Of a stretch of 64,000 bases of DNA, positions 20,184 to 31,245 are shown piece by piece. Each line of letters begins with the position of its first letter. Within the stretch, counting starts at the first letter, position 1. Source of the DNA: a bacterium. GTDB taxonomy: Bacteria; SAR324; NAC60-12. The position numbers and the translations under genes are program-made. The notes below the pieces were generated by a model that was not told the DNA's origin, did no database searches, and was given only the letters and a program-made list of their open reading frames with translations. The stretch is from positions 1,248,001 to 1,312,000 of the forward strand of contig CBDBHR010000030.1 in the NCBI GenBank assembly GCA_965205865.1, read 5' to 3'.

Positions 20184-21670
20184 ACATGGAATCTCAATCT
20201 GCGCTTCGGCGTTCCGCATTTACAAGGCATCTCAGCCTCTTGCAAAAAGCGATTTATCAGCAATGGCTTTTACAAACGGCAATGTGGGTTGTGGTCTCTG
20301 CGCTCACAATATCGCTCATCGGATTTTTCCTGCAAAAAATTTTGCGGGTTTCTGTTGATCCTTTGCTCCTTTATCCTGCCCTGGTTGCCGTTGCCATGGC
20401 ATTGACCTTGTTTTATAAATTCAAGTTCAAAAAACAACTGGAAGAAGAACTCACTTTACTCGATCAGCGTTTTCATTTGAAAGCGCTACTGCGAACTGCC
20501 TATGAGGTTCACCGCGCAGGTAAACATTCCTTCATTGCGGGAAAGCTCATTCAATCGGCAACTACATCCTTCCAGTACATTCCTCTCAAGCAACTCTACC
20601 CACATCAATACCACCGCCCTTTGCTGGTCATAACGGTTTGTCTCCTTGCTTTTTTTCTCCTCTACAAACTTCCAGCCTTGGTTCCGAATTCGATAGAGTC
20701 GGCGTTTGCCAGGCCAACAGGAAATAATCCTCTCGAAAAGGAATCTGAAAATTTGAAGCCCTTCTCCAAGTTGGAAAATCTCTCCAGCCCTTCCGAAATT
20801 CAGAAGCCAAAACAGGAGATGACCCAAAATGATCTGGAAGAGAGAGTGACGGAATTGACGGAAAAAACCAAGAAATCCGATACCCTCGACCCGCAGACTA
20901 CCCAGGAATTGATACTGCTGCAAAATGAACTCCACTCGGCTCAAAATCGGCTTACCAGAAATTTGCTTTCTCAAATCAGTCCGGACCTGGCAGGCAAACT
21001 CCCTTCCCTTGATGATATTCTGAATAGTGGTATAAATCCGCAGCAGATCGAGCAAATCGAGCAGGAACTGGTGAACTCGTTTCCGGAAGCAATTCCTCCT
21101 TCATTGGCTGAAGGCCTTGCTGCCCTCAAGAGAAACCAGCAGTTGGACCAAATGCTGGAAGACAGTCTGGCGCAAGGGGAAGAGGGCTTGAACCGGGAAA
21201 GCCGGGACGCTGCAGAGCAAGAGGGACGTCAAGAAGGAGCAAACTCGAACAAAGGAGGGGCAAATCCGGATTCCGGACCTTCGAATTCCATGGGAGAGGG
21301 GGGATTGCAAGAGCAAACCGCCCAAGGTGGCAACGATTTGCAACGATTTCCAGGAGACGGCATGGGAGGATTTTCGGAGGAAGGAATGGGCAGTCGTGCG
21401 GGGGACCAACCGTCAAATGGGACTCGCCAGTCTCCTTCCCCAGTCCAGCGCGCCCGCAATGACATTTCGAAGATAAAAGGGCTTTCCGGTGAAGGAGATC
21501 ATACCAAAGTGCAGGTACAAACTTTGACCACCATCGGAACAGCAGAGTTGTCGAGTGTCACCATCAAACGCGCTTATGAGCAAGACTTGGAAACGGTTTT
21601 TCAAAAAGAGGAAATTCCTCCGTACCATCATCAATTGATCAAAAACTATTTTTTAGCCATAGATGATTGA
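20180..21670 (+). CDS. membrane-anchored coiled-coil protein with Gly/Gln-rich tail
   Basis: Three TMs, coiled coil, G/S/Q-rich region, C-terminal EEIPP....LIKNYF motif common in MoxR operons. Confidence 0.75.
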   Translation: MNMESQSALRRSAFTRHLSLLQKAIYQQWLLQTAMWVVVSALTISLIGFFLQKILRVSVDPLLLYPALVAVAMALTLFYKFKFKKQLEEELTLLDQRFHLKALLRTAYEVHRAGKHSFIAGKLIQSATTSFQYIPLKQLYPHQYHRPLLVITVCLLAFFLLYKLPALVPNSIESAFARPTGNNPLEKESENLKPFSKLENLSSPSEIQKPKQEMTQNDLEERVTELTEKTKKSDTLDPQTTQELILLQNELHSAQNRLTRNLLSQISPDLAGKLPSLDDILNSGINPQQIEQIEQELVNSFPEAIPPSLAEGLAALKRNQQLDQMLEDSLAQGEEGLNRESRDAAEQEGRQEGANSNKGGANPDSGPSNSMGEGGLQEQTAQGGNDLQRFPGDGMGGFSEEGMGSRAGDQPSNGTRQSPSPVQRARNDISKIKGLSGEGDHTKVQVQTLTTIGTAELSSVTIKRAYEQDLETVFQKEEIPPYHHQLIKNYFLAIDD

Positions 21671-22671
21671 AAACAATGACACCAGCGCCACAAGGAGATC
21701 AAACAGAAGAACTACAACGCAAATTTGATTTGCTCGACCAGGAGCTTTCCAAGATCATTGTCGGACAGAAATCGATCATCAAGTCCCTGTTTTCCTGTAT
21801 CCTCTGCGGAGGCAATGCTTTGATTGAAGGAGTGCCGGGTCTGGGTAAAACGTTGTTGGTAAAATCTTTCGGTCAAGTACTCGATCTGGAGTATTCCCGC
21901 ATTCAATTCACACCGGATTTGATGCCGATTGATATTTTGGGTACCAATCTGGTAAACGAGGACGAACGAGGCAACCGCAGCTTTAAATTTTATAAAGGTC
22001 CCATATTCGGCCAAATCATATTGGCCGATGAAATCAACCGGGCTACGCCCAAAACCCAATCCGCCCTCTTGGAAGCGATGCAGGAAAACAAAATCACTAT
22101 TTTGGGCAATGAATATCAACTGCAGCAACCTTTTGTGGTGTTGGCCACTCAAAATCCGATCGAGATGGAGGGCACTTATCCGCTTCCGGAAGCTCAGATT
22201 GATCGTTTTTTTTTCAAGTTGACCATTCAATTTCCCAAGAAGGAAGAGTTGGGATTGATTCTGGAAAAAACCACGGGAGAGATTGAAGCGGAATTGCAAA
22301 CTATCTTGGATGGCCCTGCCATTCTGGCATTGCGTCCTCTGGTCAGACAAGTTCCGATTGCTACGCATGTCCGAGATTATGCCATCCGGCTGCTGATGGC
22401 GACCCATCCCACCCCGGATTGTCCGGTGGAGATGACAAAAAATTATGTCCGCTATGGTTCGAGCCCGCGGGGATTGCAGACACTGGTTTTAGCAGCCAAA
22501 CTGAATGCCTTGCTTGATGGGAGGTACAACGTCGCTTTCGAGGATATCCAAACAGTGGCTAAACCTTCCCTGCGGCACCGCATCATTCTCAGCCTGAAAG
22601 GCGTCGCCGAATCCGTGGAAGTGGACGATCTTATTGATCATATCCTCCAATCCCTCCCGGAAGGTCGTTGA
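21667..22671 (+). CDS. moxR: MoxR family AAA+ ATPase
   Basis: GVPGLGKT, RIQFTPDLMP, DEINRATPKTQSALLEAMQE, ATQNPIE.EGTYPLPEAQ.DRF. Confidence 0.96.
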   Translation: MKTMTPAPQGDQTEELQRKFDLLDQELSKIIVGQKSIIKSLFSCILCGGNALIEGVPGLGKTLLVKSFGQVLDLEYSRIQFTPDLMPIDILGTNLVNEDERGNRSFKFYKGPIFGQIILADEINRATPKTQSALLEAMQENKITILGNEYQLQQPFVVLATQNPIEMEGTYPLPEAQIDRFFFKLTIQFPKKEELGLILEKTTGEIEAELQTILDGPAILALRPLVRQVPIATHVRDYAIRLLMATHPTPDCPVEMTKNYVRYGSSPRGLQTLVLAAKLNALLDGRYNVAFEDIQTVAKPSLRHRIILSLKGVAESVEVDDLIDHILQSLPEGR

Positions 22672-22769
22672 ATTTCAATTGATTACGAGGCCCGTTTCAA
22701 TGAGATTCAACTCCTCCATGGAAGGGATTGATTCGTTACCTCTCAAACTACCTTCATCCAAAGCAAGCG

Positions 22770-23666
22770 ATGGCGGAAACAGTGCGCAATGATCCTTTTC
22801 TGGAGGATGATTTTTTAGAGAAACTGGAGCGCCTGACGCTGCTGGCCAAAAAGAAAGCGCGGGGAGCGCACATGGGAGAACACAATTCCATACGCACCGG
22901 AGGCAGTCAGGAGTTTCTGGATTACAGAACTTATCAACCCGGTGATGATTTACGATATGTCGACTGGAACGTCTACGGGCGATTGGGGCGGCTTTTTATT
23001 AAATTATTCAAAGCAGAAAAAGAACAATCCATTTATATCCTGTTGGACACGAGCCTCTCCATGGAGAGTGGTGATCCACTGAAAACCTTGTACGCGAAAA
23101 AAATCGCGGCGGCGTTGAGCTACATCAGCCTGGCAAACATGGACCGGGTCATGGTCAGTTCGTTCAACGATCGTATGATTTTCGCGAAAACGCCGGAAAG
23201 GGGTCGGCAGGTTTATTTTTTGATCCTCGAGTTTTTAAGAAATCTGGAAACCGGTGGGCAAACCAACCTCAATGCCGCTATGGTCGAATTCGCGTCTTCG
23301 GTGCCTCCCAATGGTACCGTCATTGTTTTGAGCGATCTTCTGGATGAAGGGGGATTTGAAAAAGGCGTAAAAGCCCTCCACTATCAAAATCTGGATATCA
23401 ACCTGATCCAAATTCTTGACCATCAAGAAATCGATCCGATGTTAGACGGTTATTTGAAGCTCAAGGATATTGAATTGGGCGTCAAACGGGAAATGACCCT
23501 GGATTTACCCATGCGGGGACAGTATCGAAAAACGCTTGAAAACTATATCACACGCATCCGGGAATTTTGTCATGCCATTGGGGCCGATTTTTTTCTGGTC
23601 GATACCCGGACACCCTTTGACGCTTTCCTGATCCATTACCTGATTGAAGGGAATTTAATAAAGTAG
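22770..23666 (+). CDS. DUF58 domain protein
   Basis: EF.DYR.YQPGDDLR.VDWN, DTSLSM, SD. Confidence 0.93.
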   Translation: MAETVRNDPFLEDDFLEKLERLTLLAKKKARGAHMGEHNSIRTGGSQEFLDYRTYQPGDDLRYVDWNVYGRLGRLFIKLFKAEKEQSIYILLDTSLSMESGDPLKTLYAKKIAAALSYISLANMDRVMVSSFNDRMIFAKTPERGRQVYFLILEFLRNLETGGQTNLNAAMVEFASSVPPNGTVIVLSDLLDEGGFEKGVKALHYQNLDINLIQILDHQEIDPMLDGYLKLKDIELGVKREMTLDLPMRGQYRKTLENYITRIREFCHAIGADFFLVDTRTPFDAFLIHYLIEGNLIK

Positions 23667-25529
23667 ATGCAACTCTTGAATCCGTTGGGATTGCTCCTTT
23701 TGGGGCTTATTCCAATTCTTTTATTGATACATAGTCTCAAACCCAGAGCCAGAGAAGTTCCGGTGACCACGCTCTTTCTCTGGAAAGAAGTCCTGCAGGA
23801 ACAGCCTGCCGGATGGCGCTTACATAAACTGTTAAAAAACCTCCCATTGATATTCCAGATCCTCATCATCCTCTTCGCCACACTGGCCTTAATCCAGCCC
23901 GTGTGGCTCCGGAATACGGAACAATATGGCAACATGATTCTGGTGCTGGATAACAGTGCCAGTATGCAAACTCGTATTGACAAGCAAACCCGCTTTGATC
24001 ACGCTCGGGAAAAAGCATTGCGTTTGATCGAAGAACTCCCTTTGCTCAGTAAGGCGCTCATCATCGAATCCGGCAAGACGCCGAAGGTGAAAATCCATTT
24101 TTCCAATGACAAGCAAAAACTATCTGCGGCGATCGAAGAAATTCACCCCATCGACGTCGCAGGAAACCTGAAGAAAGCCGTTTTTTTAGCGCTTTCTTTT
24201 TTCGATGCGGAACGAGATGACCAAATCTTTGTCATCACTGACGGGGCAGGAGGGGAATACGACAATATCTCGGCAATTCATAAAAATGTGAAACCACTCC
24301 TCATCCGGGGAGGCCATCAAAACGCAGGCATCACCAAATTCGAATTCCGCAAAGAATTTGTTGGTGTGGACCGTTACCAAGTGCTGCTGGAAATAAAAAA
24401 TTTCAATGCCACCCCTCAACGGATTCCCCTGCTCTTGAGAGTCAACAACACCGTCCTGGCCAATCCGACGGTCGATCTCGATCCGGAGGAGAAGAAACTT
24501 TTATTTTTCCCTTACTCCGCAAGTCAACCCGGCGTTGCGGAAGCTCGCCTGGACCTGGAGGATGATTTTTCCATCGACAACCAAGTCCATGCAGTCCTGG
24601 TTCCGCCCAGACCTGTCAAGGTGTTGCTTGTCACTCGAGGCAATTATTACTTGGAACAATTGTTGGCAGCCCATCCCAACATCACCCTGGAGCAAAGCAA
24701 AATTGCCACTCCAATCTCATGGGAGATTCAAGTCGAGCAACAAGACATCATTGTTTTGGACCGCGTGCCGCCACCTTCCACCAAATCCGGAAATTTCCTC
24801 TTGATCGACTCTTATTCTCCCGACATTCCTCTTTTCCCGGGAAACACGATCGAGACTCCGGGTATATTGGACTGGGACCGCAATCACCCCATAATGCAAA
24901 ATCTGGATTGGGCAGGGATTCATTTCGAAGTCGCTACCCAAGTCCGGGTGGTCACCGTGGACGCCGGAGCCGCGTTACGCCCACTCGTGGAGTCTCGTCA
25001 ATCAACGCTGCTCTACACCTATGAAAAAGAAGATTTGCGCGCCGTGCAATTTGCTTTTGATCTGACTCGCTCCACACTGCCTTTGAAAGTCGCCTTTCCA
25101 GTGCTGATAAACAATATCTTTCGTTGGCTCTACCCCTACAAATTCGAATTTGCCTCATTGCAATCCCAAGCAGGCGATTCTTTTCCACTCCAGCTGAGAA
25201 ACAGATTTCAGGAAGTGACCATTCAACTGCCTTCAGGAGAAAAAGAAAGCTATCTGCCCCAATCCACTCCTTTTCATTTTTCAAATACGCTGGAAACAGG
25301 CATTTACCTGGCTCAGCAAGGACGTAGCAATCAATTTTTCGCCGTCAATCTGCTCGATGAGCGCGAATCCGATATCCGAGTGCCGGATTCCTCGAATGCG
25401 GGCACGCCAACCGCGCTGCGTCTAATCGTCAACTCGGCAATCGCCCAATATGCGCTATGGGGATTTTTCTTTTTAATGGCCGCCTTGTTTCTCGTACTGG
25501 AATGGTATTTTTGGGTAAAACGTTTATAG
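23667..25529 (+). CDS. BatA N-terminal TM plus VWA domain protein
   Basis: LLNP.GL...IPILLLIH, MIDAS DNSASM, ITDG, C-terminal LEW. Confidence 0.9.
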   Translation: MQLLNPLGLLLLGLIPILLLIHSLKPRAREVPVTTLFLWKEVLQEQPAGWRLHKLLKNLPLIFQILIILFATLALIQPVWLRNTEQYGNMILVLDNSASMQTRIDKQTRFDHAREKALRLIEELPLLSKALIIESGKTPKVKIHFSNDKQKLSAAIEEIHPIDVAGNLKKAVFLALSFFDAERDDQIFVITDGAGGEYDNISAIHKNVKPLLIRGGHQNAGITKFEFRKEFVGVDRYQVLLEIKNFNATPQRIPLLLRVNNTVLANPTVDLDPEEKKLLFFPYSASQPGVAEARLDLEDDFSIDNQVHAVLVPPRPVKVLLVTRGNYYLEQLLAAHPNITLEQSKIATPISWEIQVEQQDIIVLDRVPPPSTKSGNFLLIDSYSPDIPLFPGNTIETPGILDWDRNHPIMQNLDWAGIHFEVATQVRVVTVDAGAALRPLVESRQSTLLYTYEKEDLRAVQFAFDLTRSTLPLKVAFPVLINNIFRWLYPYKFEFASLQSQAGDSFPLQLRNRFQEVTIQLPSGEKESYLPQSTPFHFSNTLETGIYLAQQGRSNQFFAVNLLDERESDIRVPDSSNAGTPTALRLIVNSAIAQYALWGFFFLMAALFLVLEWYFWVKRL

Positions 25530-25536
25530 GAGAGCC

Positions 25537-28182
25537 ATGTCCGTCACGCTCGCAAACCCCTATTATTTGCTTATTTGGCTGGCAATTCCTTTCGTTTGGT
25601 ACCTGGTCTACCAGCCTTTTGCCCGGCAGCAAAGCCCCGGTCGTAAGCTGACCACGGCGACGATGCGGTCCATTGTCATATTGCTGGTCGGTCTGACACT
25701 TGCTCAGCCACGCTTGTTGCAAGGCGCGGATGGGGTCAATTTGTTCTTTGTCGTGGATGCCTCCGACAGTGTGCTTCGGGGAGGTGAGAATGTTGCCCGT
25801 TCGTTTATCGAAAATGCCCTTCACGGGATGAATGAAAATGACCAGGCGGGACTTATCAGGTTCGGCAAAGAACCGTCCCTCGAGGTTCCGCTGACCCGTG
25901 ATTTTTCTACGGAGTTTCACCGTTCTCAAATCAACTCGAAGTTTACCAACATCTACGACAGCCTCCAGTTGGCCATTGGCAAATTACCGGATCATGGCAC
26001 CAACCGCATCCTCTTGATATCCGACGGGAACCAAAATCTAAATCAAGCGGAGGAAATAGCATTTTTAGCAAATTCACTCAATATCCAAATCTTCCCCCTC
26101 TCGCTGGAATCCTGGCAGGACAAAAACGAAGTGCGCGTCGAAGGGTTGGAAACTCCCTCCCGCGTGGCGTTGGAGTCACCTTTTGAAGTCCGCATCCTGG
26201 CAGTCAGCGGAAAAGAAAGTGAGGGTGACCTCATTCTTCTACGAAATGGTAAATTGATCGCCAACCACAGGGTATCACTAGAGACCGGCAAAAATATTTT
26301 CCGCTTGATCGATGTGGTGCGCACTCCTGGAATCTACAACTACAAAGCCGTAATCAATCCCAAGGAGGATGTCATCTATCAAAATAATGAAGGCCTCTCC
26401 TTTACCTCTGCTTTTCGCAAATCCGGTATCTTGTATCTCAGTGAGAGCGGCGCTTCCTCGGTTCCCCTGGTGATTGCCTTGCAGGAGCAGGGATTCGATC
26501 TGGAGGTGTTGAGAATCCAGGATCTCCCCACTTCCATGAACGATATCATGGACTATAAAGCCGTCATTCTCGACAACGTGCCGAGTTCCGGATTTTCGGA
26601 ACAGGATATGGAGAATCTGGAAAAATATGTCAAAGATGTCGGTGGAGGGTTGTTGATGATCGGGGGTCATCAGAGCTTCGGCGCGGGTGAATACCGCAAA
26701 ACACCGATTGAAAAAGCATTGCCGGTTTTGATGGACCCACCCACCGATCTCATCAATAGCAGCTTGAGCATCATATTTGTCATCGACAAATCGACCAGCA
26801 TGATCAAGAACCAGGGGAGCCAGAAGAAACTGGAAGCCGCCAAAATTGCCGTATTTTCCGCAGTGGAACTTTTGAACCCCAAGGACTTGGTGGCAGTGAT
26901 TGCTTTCGACGCAAACTATCAATGGACCGTTCCTTTCACTTCTGCCAGTAACCGCAAGACGATTGCCGAAAATCTACTCTCCTTGAAAGCGGAAGGGGGT
27001 ACCAAGTTGTTTCAAGGGCTGCAAGAAGCCATCGGAACCATCCAAGCCCTGTCCTCCATTAAAAAGCACGTCATTATTTTGTCGGACGGAGAGATCTTCG
27101 ACGCCGACACTGAAGAAGAACAACTCAATACCTTGCTCGATACTGCCGTGGAGAAAAAAATTTCGATCTCCACCGTCGCAGTGGGAGAAAACGCCAATAT
27201 TTCATTCATGAAGACCATGGCCAACCGAGGAAAGGGAAGGAGCTATCAAACCAATGATGCCGGCAACATCCCCCGGATTTTTGTTGACGAAATCAAAATT
27301 GTTTCCCGTAAAGTGATCCTCGAAAAAGAACTGCAACCCGAAATGGAACACTACTCCGAGTTGGTCGAAGGTTACTCAAACAGCGATTTTCCTCCTATCC
27401 TCGGCATGGATATCACTTACCCCAAACCCGAAGCTACCATTCAATTGAAAACCGCTGAAGGGCCCCTGCTGGTGACGAAACAATACGGACTCGGAAAAAG
27501 CCTGGCTTTCACTTCAGATTTGTCGGGACGCTGGGGGAAGCATTGGCTCCAATGGAACGAATTTGGCCCATTTGCAGGGCGGATGGTCAAATGGGTGGAA
27601 AAGAAAGAGACAGAGGGGCAATATACTGTCGACGTCGAAAAAGTAGACGATCAAGGTCATTTTTTAGTGGATGTGACCGACAAAGAAAACCGTTTCATCA
27701 ATGGCCTGGACTTGAAAATGAATGTGCTCACTCCCAATCAATCACAAGCAAATGAGAAGATCTCTTTGCAACAAATCGCTCCGGGGAAATACAAGGGTAT
27801 CTTTCCGGTGGAAGAAATCGGGGCGTATTATCTTAATTTGTATGAACAGGACGCGGAGACTGTGGCCAACTCACAGACCTTTGGATATGGAATCCCTTAT
27901 ACCAACGAATTTCAAAATCTTAAAACCAACGCCCGCCTGCTGAACCATCTTGCGCAAATTACCGGTGGACGGATTCTCCATGCGGAGGATGACTTCAGTT
28001 CACTTTTCACCAATCAGCGCAGCAACCCGGATCATGGAATACCACTCTGGCCCTATTTTTTACTGGCATCGGCTTTCATGCTGATTGCCGACGTAGCCCT
28101 CAGGAAAATCTTTGAGATCGACCGCTTCCTCCCCTTTTCGCAAGTACGCAAAATGGGTTTCCGCGGATTCGGGAAAAAATGA
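25537..28182 (+). CDS. double-VWA plus glutamine-amidotransferase-like membrane protein
   Basis: DASDS/ISDG and DKSTSM/LSDG MIDAS sites; GGGLLMIGG..SFG.G.Y..TP.E..LPV. Confidence 0.9.
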   Translation: MSVTLANPYYLLIWLAIPFVWYLVYQPFARQQSPGRKLTTATMRSIVILLVGLTLAQPRLLQGADGVNLFFVVDASDSVLRGGENVARSFIENALHGMNENDQAGLIRFGKEPSLEVPLTRDFSTEFHRSQINSKFTNIYDSLQLAIGKLPDHGTNRILLISDGNQNLNQAEEIAFLANSLNIQIFPLSLESWQDKNEVRVEGLETPSRVALESPFEVRILAVSGKESEGDLILLRNGKLIANHRVSLETGKNIFRLIDVVRTPGIYNYKAVINPKEDVIYQNNEGLSFTSAFRKSGILYLSESGASSVPLVIALQEQGFDLEVLRIQDLPTSMNDIMDYKAVILDNVPSSGFSEQDMENLEKYVKDVGGGLLMIGGHQSFGAGEYRKTPIEKALPVLMDPPTDLINSSLSIIFVIDKSTSMIKNQGSQKKLEAAKIAVFSAVELLNPKDLVAVIAFDANYQWTVPFTSASNRKTIAENLLSLKAEGGTKLFQGLQEAIGTIQALSSIKKHVIILSDGEIFDADTEEEQLNTLLDTAVEKKISISTVAVGENANISFMKTMANRGKGRSYQTNDAGNIPRIFVDEIKIVSRKVILEKELQPEMEHYSELVEGYSNSDFPPILGMDITYPKPEATIQLKTAEGPLLVTKQYGLGKSLAFTSDLSGRWGKHWLQWNEFGPFAGRMVKWVEKKETEGQYTVDVEKVDDQGHFLVDVTDKENRFINGLDLKMNVLTPNQSQANEKISLQQIAPGKYKGIFPVEEIGAYYLNLYEQDAETVANSQTFGYGIPYTNEFQNLKTNARLLNHLAQITGGRILHAEDDFSSLFTNQRSNPDHGIPLWPYFLLASAFMLIADVALRKIFEIDRFLPFSQVRKMGFRGFGKK

Positions 28183-28362
28183 CCCGCCTAGCCTGTCGTC
28201 TGTTGCAGCCCGGGGTACATTGTGATCAAACGGCTCGAGCAGCCTTTGTTGCTTGTGAAACAGCAGGGATTTTTCAAATAGGGGATAGCGTTTTCATGCC
28301 GAGTGGGTTAGTTTATGGATGGCATCCAATCATATATTTCCAAACAATCAAACAACCCTCAC

Positions 28363-29679
28363 ATGACAAGCCAACATCTCGAAACACCGCCTCCTTTTCA
28401 AGACCAAATTGTTTTGCAACCCTTTCGCAGGATATCAGGTAAGGTTGTCCTGCCAGGCTCCAAAAGCCTCTGCAATCGAATTTTAGTGCTCAGCATGCTG
28501 GCCAGGGGAACGACCCGCGTGCAAAACCTGTTGGACAGTGAAGATGTCCGCCACATGGTGGAGGCATTGCGCAGCCTGCATATTCCAATCCGGGAAAACC
28601 GGGAGGAGCATGAGATCGGCATCACCGGATGTGGAGGAAAAATCCCCGTGGAAGGGGCAAAATTGTTTTTGGGCAACTCCGGAACCACCATGCGTTCTTT
28701 GACGGCGGCAATGTCTATCGGACGAGGTCGATTTGTCTTGGATGGTATTGCCCGTATGCGAGAACGACCAATCATCGATCTGGTGGAGGGCTTGCGGCAA
28801 CTGGGAGTTCGGGTCCGCTGCCTCGAGGGAACAGATTGTCCTCCGGTGGAGATCAACGCATCGGGGATGCCGGGAGGAACCGCGCATGTGAGTGGAGCGA
28901 TCAGCAGTCAATATCTTTCTGCTCTTCTCATGGTAGCCCCTTATGCCCACAACGAGGTGCGGATTGTCATCAAAGACCACTTGGTCTCCCAACCTTACGC
29001 GCAAATGACTTTGAAACTAATGGCTCACTTTGGCGTCGAAGTCGAACATGACCATTTTCAGGAATTCCATATCAAGGGAAAACAATCCTACCAATCTCCC
29101 GGTACCATAAACGTGGAAGGCGATGCTTCCTCTGCTTCTTATTTTTTAGGGGGAGCAGCCGTCACGGGGGGGCGGGTAACCGTTGAAGGATGCGGTTCCG
29201 ACAGCATTCAGGGGGATGTCCATTTTGCCGGGATTCTGGAACGGATGGGAGCCAAGGCCAACTGGGAAGCTCATGCCATTACCCTGCAAGGCGACCGATT
29301 GCGCGGTATCGACGTGGATATGAACGCCATGCCGGACGTTGCCATGACTTTGGCCGTTGTAGCGCTCTTCGCGGAAGGCCCGACGGCGATCCGCAATATT
29401 TACAATTGGCGCGTCAAAGAAACCGAAAGGATCAAAGCGGTGAGTACCGAATTGCGAAAATTGGGAGCGCTGGTGGAAGAAGGCGAAGACTACATCGTCA
29501 TCACTCCTCCACCGCAGATTCAGTCGGCAGTGATTGATACCTATGGGGACCATCGCATGGCCATGGCATTTTCCCTCGCCGCCTGCGGTCCGGTTCCGGT
29601 CATCATCAACAACCCTCGATGCGTCGCTAAAACCTTTCCTCGTTATTTTGAGCTTCTCTTTACCCTGGTCGACCAATAA
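28363..29679 (+). CDS. aroA: 3-phosphoshikimate 1-carboxyvinyltransferase
   Basis: [43 protein letters not shown]. Confidence 0.97.
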   Translation: MTSQHLETPPPFQDQIVLQPFRRISGKVVLPGSKSLCNRILVLSMLARGTTRVQNLLDSEDVRHMVEALRSLHIPIRENREEHEIGITGCGGKIPVEGAKLFLGNSGTTMRSLTAAMSIGRGRFVLDGIARMRERPIIDLVEGLRQLGVRVRCLEGTDCPPVEINASGMPGGTAHVSGAISSQYLSALLMVAPYAHNEVRIVIKDHLVSQPYAQMTLKLMAHFGVEVEHDHFQEFHIKGKQSYQSPGTINVEGDASSASYFLGGAAVTGGRVTVEGCGSDSIQGDVHFAGILERMGAKANWEAHAITLQGDRLRGIDVDMNAMPDVAMTLAVVALFAEGPTAIRNIYNWRVKETERIKAVSTELRKLGALVEEGEDYIVITPPPQIQSAVIDTYGDHRMAMAFSLAACGPVPVIINNPRCVAKTFPRYFELLFTLVDQ

Positions 29680-29784
29680 TGGGAAGCGAGCGCCAATCCC
29701 CGAGAGAGACCGTCCCGCACCCTACGGTGGCATAGGACGATCATATTGATTCCGCCCTGGCCGATTGGCTGGACATATAAATAA

Positions 29785-29995
29785 AAAAGGAATAAGGTGC
29801 GTTGCAATCTTGGGTGTTCTTTTCTGTTTCTATTTGGAAATAGGGGAATGAAAAGGGAATCCCGTGCGATTCGGGAACTGTCCTCGCAACTGTGATCGGG
29901 TAATGCCAAAGCGAAACCACTGGAAGTTGGCGCAATGTAAACCTCTGGGAAGACGCTTTGGAAGAGTCCTGAAAGTCAGGAGACCTGCCTGAGAG
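29785..29995 (+). ncRNA. cobalamin riboswitch
   Basis: aggtgc...aaaagggaatcccgtgcgattcgggaactgtcctcgcaactgtga...ccactgg...gggaag...aagtcaggagacctgcc conserved boxes upstream of a Btu-like transporter; ends approximate. Confidence 0.93.
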
Positions 29996-30200
29996 GAATC
30001 CAATGTCCGGCTATTCGAGGCAAATAGTGGTTGGAGTTCTATACCGCCGTCCAAGTACGTTCTGGCCGTTATAGCGACTCACCTGATCTTGCTCTCCTCC
30101 TGATAGTCCTGTTGGGTAGTTTTGTTTTCAAGAATTCGCATCGATCCTGGTGACAGGCGATGCGACTGATTTAAAGTAATTCCACGTCCAATGGTAGGTT

Positions 30201-31178
30201 TTGAAAACCATCAGTTCATGGAGACGGCGGCTTTTTCCAATAATAGCCTCCATCGTTTTGCAATGGGGCTATTCTGCTCTTGCATCAGCCTCTGATTTTC
30301 CCGTATCGGTTAGTAGTTGCGGTGAAACAACCACTTACGCGCAGGCGCCAAAACGGGCGGTTTCCAATGACATCAATATGGCTGAAATCATGCTCCGTTT
30401 GGGATTGGAAGACCGCATGGCGGGCATCAGTGGAGTGGCGGCACGCCATCCAATTCTGCCTTCGTTGGAAGCCGCTTATCAAAAAGTGCCTCAGATCTCG
30501 ACGCATTATCCTTCCATGGAAAACCTCTTGGGCGCCGATCCGGATTTCGTGTTCGCAGGCTGGAATTACGGATTCAATGAAGGGGGGATCACCCCGGCAA
30601 AACTGAAGAAGATGGGTATTGATAGCTACGTGTTGAGCGAGTCCTGTATTCGAATTATGAAACTGAAATCGGTCACTATGGAAGACACCTATCGAGACAT
30701 TATCAATATTGGGAAAATCTTTGGAATCGAAGAAAAGGCGCAAAAACTGGTGGCGCAATTCCGTAACCGGGTAAAAGCCGTAGGGCGAGTCACGAAGCTG
30801 AAAAAAAAGGTGAGAGTCTTTGTCTATGATAGCGGGCAAGATACCCCTTATACAGCCGGCAGCTTTGGTATTCCTAATACCCTGATTCGACTCGCCGGTG
30901 GAGATCATATTTTCAAGGATCTGGATCAAAATTGGACCACGGTGAGTTGGGAGCAAATCGTCAGCCGCAATCCACAAGTGATCGTTATTGTCGACTATGG
31001 AACACCGGATGCGGAAGCTAAGAAAATTTTTTTACTGAATCATAATGCGTTGCAGGAAGTGGAGGCGATTCAAAATAAGCGATTCGTGGTTCTTCCTTAT
31101 GCGGCGGCAACTCCTGGAATTCGCAATGCCAAGGCCATTGTCATGCTTGCCAAAAACTTTTATCCGGAGCTGTTTTGA
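30201..31178 (+). CDS. periplasmic binding protein, iron-siderophore/cobalamin ABC transporter (BtuF-like)
   Basis: Signal peptide, FPV.V.SCG, PKRAV, E.LL..DPD.V, SWEQ....NP; riboswitch upstream. Confidence 0.88.
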   Translation: MKTISSWRRRLFPIIASIVLQWGYSALASASDFPVSVSSCGETTTYAQAPKRAVSNDINMAEIMLRLGLEDRMAGISGVAARHPILPSLEAAYQKVPQISTHYPSMENLLGADPDFVFAGWNYGFNEGGITPAKLKKMGIDSYVLSESCIRIMKLKSVTMEDTYRDIINIGKIFGIEEKAQKLVAQFRNRVKAVGRVTKLKKKVRVFVYDSGQDTPYTAGSFGIPNTLIRLAGGDHIFKDLDQNWTTVSWEQIVSRNPQVIVIVDYGTPDAEAKKIFLLNHNALQEVEAIQNKRFVVLPYAAATPGIRNAKAIVMLAKNFYPELF

Positions 31179-31245
31179 TCTCTTCGGAGGGGCTGACCAG
31201 CATCAGAAAAGAAATTGCCCCTCACGAATTTCAATGAAGGTCGAT

